Source of the DNA: Bacteroidota bacterium
GTDB taxonomy: Bacteria; Bacteroidota; Bacteroidia; Chitinophagales; Chitinophagaceae
Assembly (NCBI GenBank): GCA_031413675.1
Contig: JANOFP010000527.1
Span: forward strand, 1 to 32,989
Direction: 5' to 3'
DNA length: 32,989 bases
A program made the position numbers and the translations under genes. Positions 25,891 to 32,989 of the stretch are shown here, one piece after another. Positions within the stretch are counted from its first letter, which is position 1; each line of letters begins with the position of its first letter. The notes beneath the pieces are model-generated. The model had not been told where the DNA came from, ran no database searches, and saw only the letters and a program-made list of their open reading frames with translations.

Positions 25891-26460
25891 ATGTCAGTAG
25901 TATTCAAACAAATTCAAAAAGAATTAGAAGCATCTTCAACACCCGAAGCAAAAGCTGCTGCTTTAAAATTTGTGCCCGGTGCTGTAAAGATTTATGGTAT
26001 TCGTATGCCAATTCTGAATTTGATGGCCAAAAAATATAAAGGTACAGGCTTTGTTTTGATAAAGGAATTATGGATATCCGGTGCTTTTGAAGAAAAAATA
26101 CTTGCAGCTAAAATGTTAAAAGAAATTTGTAAAACTGATCCTGAACTATCCGTAAAGCTCGTAAGTAGTTTTTCAAAAGATATAAGTGATTGGGCCGTAT
26201 GCGACACATTAGGGATGCAAAGCCTGAAACCTATAGCAAAGAAAATGCAGAAAGAAATTTTTGAATTATCTGAAAAACTCCTCAAGTCAAAAAATTTTTG
26301 GGAAAGAAGGTTGTCTTTAGTACTTATCGAAGTATTTACAAAAGAAAAAACACTGCGGCCTGAAATAATGAAACGGGTAAAATCATTAGAAAAGGATGAA
26401 GCGTATTATGTCCGGAAAGCTGTTGAATGGATTAAAAAAAATTTTACAAAAGGGCGATAA
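25891..26460 (+). CDS. DNA alkylation repair protein (AlkD-like HEAT repeats), short form
   Basis: It contains DWAVCD, FWERRLSLV and YVRKAVEW, which resemble PF08713 signatures. Confidence 0.7.
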   Translation: MSVVFKQIQKELEASSTPEAKAAALKFVPGAVKIYGIRMPILNLMAKKYKGTGFVLIKELWISGAFEEKILAAKMLKEICKTDPELSVKLVSSFSKDISDWAVCDTLGMQSLKPIAKKMQKEIFELSEKLLKSKNFWERRLSLVLIEVFTKEKTLRPEIMKRVKSLEKDEAYYVRKAVEWIKKNFTKGR

Positions 26461-26479
26461 CTAAAATTATATTTGCAAG

Positions 26480-27859
26480 ATGTCTGAACATTCACAATCT
26501 TTCATTACTAAAAGCACACTTAAAGCAGGTGATAAAGAACATCGCCGCAAAATCAATTTTAATATTGGTAAGTACAATGCCGTAGTACCGCTGGGCAAAC
26601 AGCAATTCAGCGATATAAACCTTGCCAGGGAGAAAGCAAAGAACCAGAAATGGAAAGCAATTGAAAAACTGGATACTTATTTAGAGAATTTTGAAGCTGC
26701 TATTACCAAAAGAGGCGTAAAAGTGATTTGGGCAGAAGACGCACAACAGGCTTTAGATGCAATTGGAAAAATTTGTGCTGAAAAAAATTGCAAGACATTG
26801 GTGAAAAGCAAAAGCATGGTTACAGAAGAGATTCACCTGAATGCTTATTTAGAAAAAAATGGAATTGAAAGTGTGGAAACAGATTTAGGAGAATATATTC
26901 AGCAACTGGATGGCGAACCACCGTATCATATTGTAACACCTGCAATGCATAAAAGCAAAGAAGATGTTGCAAAATTATTTGCAGAAAAATTAGGAACCGA
27001 CCCCAATCTGAATCCAGAACAGTTAACATTAGTAGCTAGAGAAAAGCTTAGAGAAAAATATGCAAGTGCTGAAGTGGGAGTTACCGGTGCCAATTTTATA
27101 ATTGCAGATATTGGGGCAATAGCTGTAACCGAAAACGAAGGCAATGCAAGACTAAGTTGCTCCATGCCCAAAACACATATCGTTATTACAGGAATTGAAA
27201 AAATGATTCCTACCCTAAATGACCTTGCACTGTTCTGGCCATTGCTTGCAACTTTTGGTACAGGTCAAAGAATAACGGTTTATAATACTATTGTTACAGG
27301 TCCACGTCAGCCAGGTGAAGTAGATGGTCCCGAAGAAATGTATGTGATATTACTGGATAATGGCAGAACAAATATTCTGGCAGATGCAAAACAGCGGGAA
27401 AGTTTGTATTGCATCCGTTGTGGTGCTTGCTTAAATGCATGTCCCGTTTATAAAAATATTGGTGGCCATGCTTACGAAACAGCATATAGCGGTCCCATAG
27501 GTTCTGTCATTACTCCGCATTTAAAACCCTTGGGCGAATGGAAGCACCTGAGTTATGCTTCATCGCTTTGCGGCAATTGTACCGAAGTTTGTGCGGTAAA
27601 AATAAATTTGCACGAACTACTTTTAGAAAACAGGCACGAAGCTGTGGAAGAAGGTCATAGTGTATTTGCAGAAAGAGTAGCATGGAAAATGTGGAAACAG
27701 GCAATGTTGAAGAGGAGTTTGATGAATGTAGCAAACGGAAATCTAAAAAGCTGGGTACTCAATAAAATTGGAAAAGCATGGACTCAGCACCGCAGCAATC
27801 TTGATTTTCCTAAAAAATCGTTCAACGAGCAGTGGAAAGAGAAATACGGAGACAGATAA
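26480..27859 (+). CDS. lutB: LutB/LldF-family iron-sulfur protein (lactate utilisation protein B-like)
   Basis: It has a LUD-type domain plus two ferredoxin-type motifs, CIRCGACLNACP and CGNCTEVCAV. Confidence 0.85.
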   Translation: MSEHSQSFITKSTLKAGDKEHRRKINFNIGKYNAVVPLGKQQFSDINLAREKAKNQKWKAIEKLDTYLENFEAAITKRGVKVIWAEDAQQALDAIGKICAEKNCKTLVKSKSMVTEEIHLNAYLEKNGIESVETDLGEYIQQLDGEPPYHIVTPAMHKSKEDVAKLFAEKLGTDPNLNPEQLTLVAREKLREKYASAEVGVTGANFIIADIGAIAVTENEGNARLSCSMPKTHIVITGIEKMIPTLNDLALFWPLLATFGTGQRITVYNTIVTGPRQPGEVDGPEEMYVILLDNGRTNILADAKQRESLYCIRCGACLNACPVYKNIGGHAYETAYSGPIGSVITPHLKPLGEWKHLSYASSLCGNCTEVCAVKINLHELLLENRHEAVEEGHSVFAERVAWKMWKQAMLKRSLMNVANGNLKSWVLNKIGKAWTQHRSNLDFPKKSFNEQWKEKYGDR

Positions 27860-27872
27860 TTATCTTCACTTT

Positions 27873-29174
27873 GTGATTGTTTACACCAAAAAAATTACAC
27901 CACGACTACAATACATTACTGATTTTCTTGGTAAGGAAATCTGCGGAAAAGCTTTTGAGCTAACAGATGATAAAGCATATTTTGAAAATCATACTGATCC
28001 GAAAATTAATTACAGCCGGGAAGCAATTTCAAAATGTAAATTTCAAATTTCAGATTGTGGATTACTGTCCGAAACTGAAATTACAAGTCAAACAATATCG
28101 TGTTTTAATGTAAAAGACTTTAAAGCCTTCTTCAAAACAGATGGTGATTATCCATTTGATATTTTTGCTGCCTCTTTTTATTTACTCAGCCGGTACGAAG
28201 AATACTTACCACATAAAAAAGATATGTATGGTAGATATGCTCATGAAAACTCAATTGCATTTAAAGAAGGATTTTTGAATCTTCCATTGGTTAATGTCTG
28301 GATTGATGATTTTAAAAAAGTATTGAAGGAAAAATATCCAACAGTCAATATTCAACAATCCAAATTCAAGTTTGAACCGACCTATGATATTGATGAAGCT
28401 TTCTCATATCAGCATAAAAGATTTTTAAGAACCGCAGGAGGTTTTGTAAAATCTTTGCTGACTGGTAAATGGTCATTGTTAAAAGAAAGAATGAATGTGT
28501 TGAAGAAAAAATCAAAAGATCCTTTTGATTCTTTTGACTGGATGAATGAGTTGCATTCAAAACATAACCTTGAGCCGAAATATTTTTTTCTTGTTTCTGA
28601 GAAAAACGGGAAATACGATAAAAATATTCTTCCTTCTAGTCTGGCTATGCAGCAGTTGATACAACAACATGCAGAAAAATATCCGATCGGCATACACCCA
28701 TCCTGGCAGAGCGGCGATGCTGATGCAATCCTGAAAAAAGAAAAAGAATTATTAGAGAATATTTCGGGCAAAAAAATTTCATCTTCCCGTCAGCATTATA
28801 TCCGTTTTAATTTACCAATTGGCTACCGCAGATTGATTGATGCAGGCATCACCGATGATTATTCCATGGGCTATGGAAGTATTAATGGTTTCCGTGCTTC
28901 GGTTGCTTCTTCGTTTTACTGGTATGATTTGGAAAAAGAAGAAACAACAAATCTGCTGCTGCATCCTTTCTGTTATATGGAAGCAAATTCTTTTTTTGAA
29001 CAAAAATTTACTCCCGAACAGGCTTTTGATGAAATGATGCATTATTACAAAGTCGTAAAATCTGTAAACGGAACTTTGATTACGCTTTGGCATAATACTT
29101 TTTTGGGTGCAGATAAATTTTATAAAGGTTGGCTGGATGCTTATGAAAAGTTTATTCTGAATTGTAAACCTTAG
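27873..29174 (+). CDS. Polysaccharide deacetylase-like (CE4-fold) protein
   Basis: I moved the start to GTG 27873, giving (M)IVYTKKITPRLQYI, which matches the family's N-terminus. It has TYDID and IGIHPS motifs. The listed ATG at 27768 would overlap lutB by 92 nt. Confidence 0.6.
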   Translation: MIVYTKKITPRLQYITDFLGKEICGKAFELTDDKAYFENHTDPKINYSREAISKCKFQISDCGLLSETEITSQTISCFNVKDFKAFFKTDGDYPFDIFAASFYLLSRYEEYLPHKKDMYGRYAHENSIAFKEGFLNLPLVNVWIDDFKKVLKEKYPTVNIQQSKFKFEPTYDIDEAFSYQHKRFLRTAGGFVKSLLTGKWSLLKERMNVLKKKSKDPFDSFDWMNELHSKHNLEPKYFFLVSEKNGKYDKNILPSSLAMQQLIQQHAEKYPIGIHPSWQSGDADAILKKEKELLENISGKKISSSRQHYIRFNLPIGYRRLIDAGITDDYSMGYGSINGFRASVASSFYWYDLEKEETTNLLLHPFCYMEANSFFEQKFTPEQAFDEMMHYYKVVKSVNGTLITLWHNTFLGADKFYKGWLDAYEKFILNCKP

Positions 29175-29486
29175 GTTTTCACGTAGCGATCGCAAAATAG
29201 AAGCAATTCAGCCGGGCACATAAAAAAACCGGCAAAAAACTTACCGGCTGGTGATTTTAATTATTGTGGACCTGAAAAGGGAGCATTGCACAGGTTTGGA
29301 TTCTTTCAAGGGTAATTCAAAAATAATTCCGGACATAAAAACGGGACATTTCAATACAATAATAGATGGCATAAACCGCTGAAGGTTGTGTTGACAAAAA
29401 TTTTTTAACAAATTCATTTCTGTTACCTTGCGCCACTGTTTTTAAAAAGCATTTGATGATTGATTAACTTTGAAAAAAAATTGATA

Positions 29487-31352
29487 GTGCAGGATAAAAT
29501 TCTTTTATTGCCCGATAATATAGCCAACCAAATAGCTGCCGGTGAAGTAATTCAACGGCCAGCAAGTGCTGTAAAAGAATTATTGGAAAATGCGGTAGAT
29601 GCGGGAGCTACTGAAATAAAATTGATTGTGGCTGATGCAGGAAAAGCGTTGATTCAGGTGATAGATAATGGCGGAGGCATGAGTGAAACCGATGCAAGAA
29701 TGTGTTTTGAACGTCACGCCACATCGAAGATTGAAACCATTGAAGATTTATTTCATATTAAAACAATGGGCTTTCGGGGAGAAGCATTGGCTTCTATTGC
29801 AGCCGTAGCGCAGGTAGAATTGAAAACAAAAAGAGCAGATGATGAAACCGGAACTTATATTGAAATTGAAAACAGTTTTGTAAAAAAACAAGAACCTATT
29901 GCAGCACCTACCGGCACCAGCATTGCCATGAAGAATTTATTTTTTAATGTGCCTGCCCGTCGAAATTTTTTGAAAAGTAATGCTGCCGAGATGCGGCATA
30001 TCGTAGATGAGTTTATACGGGTGGCACTTGCATTTCCAGAACTTTTTTTTTCGCTTACGGCAAACAATCAGCAACTGATGCATTTAGATGCCGGTAGTAT
30101 GAAGCAACGCATAATTCAGGTGCTGGGAAATAATTACAATGCAAAACTGGTAGCTGTAAAAGAAGAGACGGACTATATGAATATTTCAGGCTTCGTTGGT
30201 AAACCTGAAACAGCAAAGAAGACAAGAGGTGATCAGTATTTTTTTGTAAACAACCGGTTTATTAAAAGTGCTTATCTCAATCATGCCGTAATGAGTGCAT
30301 ACCAGGAAATGATTGCAAAAGATAGTTTTCCGATGTATTGTTTGTTTATTGATCTTGACCCGGCAGTAGTGGATGTAAATGTGCATCCGACAAAACAGGA
30401 AATAAAATTTGAAGATGAAAAAATTATTTATGCGTTTGTTCAGGCTGCAGTAAAGCATGCATTGGCACAGTTCAGCATTTCTCCTACATTGGATTTTTCA
30501 TTGAATGCCGATATACAACAATTGCCTTCCGTACAGCAACCATTTACAAAAGAAAAAGAATCATCAGCAGCCTCAACTTCCTTGTTTAAAGAATTTACAC
30601 AAAAAAACCAGGCACATTTTATAGAGAAAAATGAATTGAAGCATTGGAAAGATTTGTATGAAAGCAATCAGCAATCAGGAGTCAGTGGCCAGCAGTCAGC
30701 AATCAGCAGCCAGGGAAATGATCAACGTTCAATTGAAGAAAATCCTTCTGGATTTAAGAGTCTGCTTGCCACTCACGACTCACCACTCACCACTCACAAC
30801 ACTCAACTACATAATCAATTTATTATTGCACCTACTCCGTCTGGTTTCATTCTCATCGATCAGCAGGCGGCACATGAAAGAATTATTTATGAACGATTGC
30901 TGAATGCCTCAAAAGATAAACCCGTAACAACACAGCGAAGCATTTTTCCAATAACGATTGAATTAACTCCTGCTGATGCCGTTCTTATTGATGAGTTGAA
31001 AACCGAATTGCAATTACTTGGATTTTTGATTGAACCTTTTGGGAAAAATACTTTTGTAGTACAGGGTACACCTGCCGATGTACCGCAGGGAAATGAAAAA
31101 CAGGCAATCGATTCTTTATTGGAACAGTTCAAGCATTTCAGCAGCGACATAAAATTTTCGAAACGAGAAAAGCTGATTCGTTCACTTGCATGGCATCAAT
31201 CTATAAAGGCAGGCACTTCATTAACAGAAAAAGAAATGAAAGGTTTGATCGATGATTTGTTTCAATGTGCTACTCCCAATGCAACTCCCGGTGGCAGTCC
31301 TACTTATTTAGAGTTTAAGAAAGATCAGTTGGAGAAAATGTTTGGCAAGTAA
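29487..31352 (+). CDS. mutL: DNA mismatch repair protein MutL, with a repeat-derived linker insert
   Basis: It has the GHKL N-terminus LLPDNIANQIAAGEVIQRPASAVKELLENAVDAGA, DNGGGM and a C-terminal dimerisation domain. The start is uncertain: GTG 29487 places LLP at residues 7-9 as in other MutL proteins, and the alternatives are TTG 29460 and TTG 29481. Confidence 0.9.
   Translation: MQDKILLLPDNIANQIAAGEVIQRPASAVKELLENAVDAGATEIKLIVADAGKALIQVIDNGGGMSETDARMCFERHATSKIETIEDLFHIKTMGFRGEALASIAAVAQVELKTKRADDETGTYIEIENSFVKKQEPIAAPTGTSIAMKNLFFNVPARRNFLKSNAAEMRHIVDEFIRVALAFPELFFSLTANNQQLMHLDAGSMKQRIIQVLGNNYNAKLVAVKEETDYMNISGFVGKPETAKKTRGDQYFFVNNRFIKSAYLNHAVMSAYQEMIAKDSFPMYCLFIDLDPAVVDVNVHPTKQEIKFEDEKIIYAFVQAAVKHALAQFSISPTLDFSLNADIQQLPSVQQPFTKEKESSAASTSLFKEFTQKNQAHFIEKNELKHWKDLYESNQQSGVSGQQSAISSQGNDQRSIEENPSGFKSLLATHDSPLTTHNTQLHNQFIIAPTPSGFILIDQQAAHERIIYERLLNASKDKPVTTQRSIFPITIELTPADAVLIDELKTELQLLGFLIEPFGKNTFVVQGTPADVPQGNEKQAIDSLLEQFKHFSSDIKFSKREKLIRSLAWHQSIKAGTSLTEKEMKGLIDDLFQCATPNATPGGSPTYLEFKKDQLEKMFGK
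30662..30717 (+). repeat. Eight tandem heptamers (AAGCAAT CAGCAAT CAGGAGT CAGTGGC CAGCAGT CAGCAAT CAGCAGC CAGGGAA) in the mutL linker
   Basis: The 7-nt periodicity is seen directly. The array encodes QQSGVSGQQSAISSQG. Confidence 0.8.
30769..30810 (+). repeat. Tandem heptamers CCACTCA CGACTCA CCACTCA CCACTCA (then degenerate CAACACT CAACTAC) in the mutL linker
   Basis: Seen directly. It encodes THDSPLTTHNTQL and uses the same unit as the holB array and the holB 3' flank. Confidence 0.8.
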
Positions 31353-31358
31353 GGCTAC

Positions 31359-31447
31359 ACGCAAAGACGCTAAGATTAAAACAAAAGAAGCAAAGAGAGT
31401 TTTTTACTTTGCGTTATTCTTTGCGTCCCTGCCTGCCGTCTGGCAGG
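31359..31447. terminator. Compound hairpins in the convergent mutL/dacB spacer, including a GC hairpin copy at 31428-31447
   Basis: ACGCAAAGA (31359-31367) pairs with TCTTTGCGT (31418-31426) around an inner GCAAAG/CTTTGC hairpin that has a T-rich tail on the minus strand. Next comes CCTGCC-TGCCGTCT-GGCAGG followed by TTTGCG on the plus strand. Confidence 0.45.
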
Positions 31448-31462
31448 TTTGCGTGAAATATT

Positions 31463-32797
31463 TTAATACTTATTGCGGATTGACTGGATAAATTTTTCGA
31501 CAGCACGCCGCACTGCGATAGCAGAAGCTTGATGATTATTTATCAAAACAGAAAAAAGCAATTGCTTTCCTTTTTTGGTAGTAAGAAAACCGCTGAGTGC
31601 AACAACACCGCTTAGTGTTCCGGTTTTTGCATAAATAAATCCGCTGTCGGTTTTATAATAACTGCTGATTGTGCCCTCACCACCTGTAGGAAAAATTTCT
31701 TTGATGCGGTTCATACCAAATTCATTTTTCATCTTATTTAAAATGGCAACAAAATCCTGTGGAGTAAATAAATTATAGCGGCTCAGACCGGAACCATCCA
31801 CCCATCTTGGTTTTTGTGGCAGGTCTTTAAAATCTGTTTTTAATAATGTGTCAATGATCTTTTCATCATTCATTACACCGAGCAGTTCATTGCTTACCAT
31901 TAATAAACTTTGCTCTGCAAAAAAATTATCACTGCGGTGCATCATGGGTTTGAGGAGGGAGTCGGTGGGTTGGGAATGGATGACTTTAAAATTATTTCTG
32001 TTAGAATAAATACCTGTTCGAACTTTTTTATGAATTGTGTCACCAAGTATTTCGATATAGACTAATCCACTAGTGGGTCTAAAAGGGGCTCGTATTGTTT
32101 TACTACCATTCCCTGGTCCATAACACCCAATTAAATATTTATTCTCAAATACATCAAATTTTTTTATTGATTTAAAAACCCTACATTGAATATCAGTCAC
32201 GATATTATTTTCGAAAATTCTCGGTATAGAAGATACTTTCCCTGTATCATTAACTGAAAAAGTCACAAGATTGCCATAAACAGGAAACTCAGACCTGGGG
32301 ACTAAGTATGTTTCACTCACATCATTAATTTGCCATCCATTTCCATAAGGAAATCTATAATTCGTTTCATATGGTGCCAAAACAGCTACATTCAATCCAG
32401 TAGTGTTTAAGAAATTATAAACTGGATGAACTTTAAAATCAGGATGCAAAAAAGTAGGGTCGCCGTTAGGTTTAAAGGATATACTCGAGTCATTATCGTT
32501 TAAATACCTCAACCCCACCAAACTATCTCCCAAATATTTCATCGCTACATAGCAGGCAGGGATTTTTGTATTACTCGCAGGCACAAAATATTTTTCACCA
32601 TTATAATTATACCAGTATTTGTTTTCTCCGGGTTCGTAAATGCTGATGCCAACATGTGCTGTGAGCAATGAAGAATCTTGTAAAACAATTTCTTTTGCTG
32701 ATCTGGAGATTTGTTTTGTGATATTGCATGAAGCGAGCAGCAAGAGACAAGTAGCGAGTGGGAGAAAGCAGCGGGCTTTTAATTGAATAGTGAGCAT
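31463..32797 (-). CDS. dacB: D-alanyl-D-alanine carboxypeptidase/endopeptidase (PBP4, peptidase S13), lipoprotein
   Basis: It has SxxK (ASNTK), an SxN-type motif (HRSDN), KTG (AKTGT) and the lipobox LLLLASC. Confidence 0.85.
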   Translation of the reverse strand: MLTIQLKARCFLPLATCLLLLASCNITKQISRSAKEIVLQDSSLLTAHVGISIYEPGENKYWYNYNGEKYFVPASNTKIPACYVAMKYLGDSLVGLRYLNDNDSSISFKPNGDPTFLHPDFKVHPVYNFLNTTGLNVAVLAPYETNYRFPYGNGWQINDVSETYLVPRSEFPVYGNLVTFSVNDTGKVSSIPRIFENNIVTDIQCRVFKSIKKFDVFENKYLIGCYGPGNGSKTIRAPFRPTSGLVYIEILGDTIHKKVRTGIYSNRNNFKVIHSQPTDSLLKPMMHRSDNFFAEQSLLMVSNELLGVMNDEKIIDTLLKTDFKDLPQKPRWVDGSGLSRYNLFTPQDFVAILNKMKNEFGMNRIKEIFPTGGEGTISSYYKTDSGFIYAKTGTLSGVVALSGFLTTKKGKQLLFSVLINNHQASAIAVRRAVEKFIQSIRNKY

Positions 32798-32816
32798 TGA
32801 ATATTGAGTATTGAAT
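32782..32816. repeat. Five tandem heptamers ATTGAAT AGTGAGC ATTGAAT ATTGAGT ATTGAAT spanning the dacB start codon
   Basis: Seen directly. The start codon (CAT on the plus strand, 32795-32797) straddles units 2 and 3. Confidence 0.7.
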
Positions 32817-32827
32817 ATTTCTTATTT

Positions 32828-32859
32828 AGCAAATTTGCACATCAGCATATTAGCACATT
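32828..32859. repeat. Four tandem octamers AGCAAATT TGCACATC AGCATATT AGCACATT
   Basis: Seen directly. The last unit overlaps the stop codon of the gene fragment at the window end. Confidence 0.65.
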
Positions 32860-32989
32860 AACTCCTCTCCTGAGCCCTCAGCCACCGCTCCGGTATTTCA
32901 TTACTACTGGCTAGTAAATAATCCTTATAACTGCAGGCAATAAATCGTTTATCGGGTAGTTGCATCCACCATCTTCCTGTTTTTTTGCT
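32858..32989 (-). CDS. C-terminal fragment of an unidentified protein, cut by the window edge
   Basis: The frame is open from the window edge to TAA 32858-32860 and reads ...SKKTGRWWMQLPDKRFIACSYKDYLLASSNEIPERWLRAQERS. I recognised no family. Confidence 0.3.
   Translation of the reverse strand, partial: SKKTGRWWMQLPDKRFIACSYKDYLLASSNEIPERWLRAQERS

Noticed and set aside
26480-27859. lutB without adjacent lutA or lutC as a sign of a novel pathway
   Set aside because: A stand-alone LutB-like Fe-S/LUD protein is plausible, and the partner genes may lie elsewhere. Nothing in the flanking genes (AlkD-like, deacetylase-like) suggests a functional unit.
27768-27872. ATG at 27768 as the start of the deacetylase-like gene
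   Set aside because: It would overlap lutB by 92 nt and add an N-terminus unlike the family's. GTG 27873, just after the lutB stop, gives the family-typical MIVYTKKITPRL.
29241-29417. 58-codon minus-strand ORF in the spacer upstream of mutL (MNLLKNFCQHNLQRFMPS...)
   Set aside because: Its composition is typical of translated AT-rich spacer, and it has no motif or supporting context. The nearby stem CAGCCGG/CCGGCTG (29209-29250) has a 28-nt loop and is too weak to call a terminator.
1-32989. Integrase, transposase, toxin-antitoxin or known defence operon anywhere in the window
   Set aside because: None of the ORFs at or above the track threshold shows recombinase, DDE, HNH, nuclease or TA signatures. 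The only accessory-looking gene is the lone ATPase, reported as a finding.

Overview
About 33 kb of a low-GC Bacteroidota chromosome, judged from the gld genes, a SusC/SusD pair and lipoprotein signals; finer taxonomy needs a search. I can support 27 protein genes, nearly all core housekeeping. In order they are: an EamA transporter (5' end cut by the window), a GH3/beta-lactamase-fold fusion, an AAA/STAND-like ATP-binding protein, PSP1/RicT, holB, glutathione peroxidase, a beta-helix lipoprotein, comF, radA, a YugP-type Zn peptidase, SusC/SusD, RNase G, a 31-aa bS22-like basic protein missing from the ORF track, a TPR protein and HU. Then come the classic mutY-ssb-gldE-gldD block, DUF3109, an AlkD-like protein, lutB, a CE4-like deacetylase, mutL, a PBP4-type dacB and a C-terminal gene fragment. 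I saw no rRNA, tRNA, CRISPR array, transposase or integrase. The unusual content is small-scale structure. (i) The ATPase gene lies between two copies of the last ~70 nt of ricT, one functional and one orphan, which differ almost only at silent sites; this looks like a single-gene insertion cassette. (ii) A ~290-nt, ~45% GC, helix-rich non-coding block splits the holB-ricT pair. (iii) Tandem 7-nt arrays (CAGNNNN-type and CCACTCA-type) form the same two-part module in frame inside holB and mutL, and related arrays occur in the GH3 gene, around the dacB start and in spacers. (iv) A 21-nt GC hairpin (CCTGCCTG-CCGGT-CAGGCAGG) occurs four times, twice in frame inside radA and ricT, where it encodes PDRQAG. 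All protein calls come from motif recognition by eye and remembered family features; nothing was searched or computed beyond hand counts.
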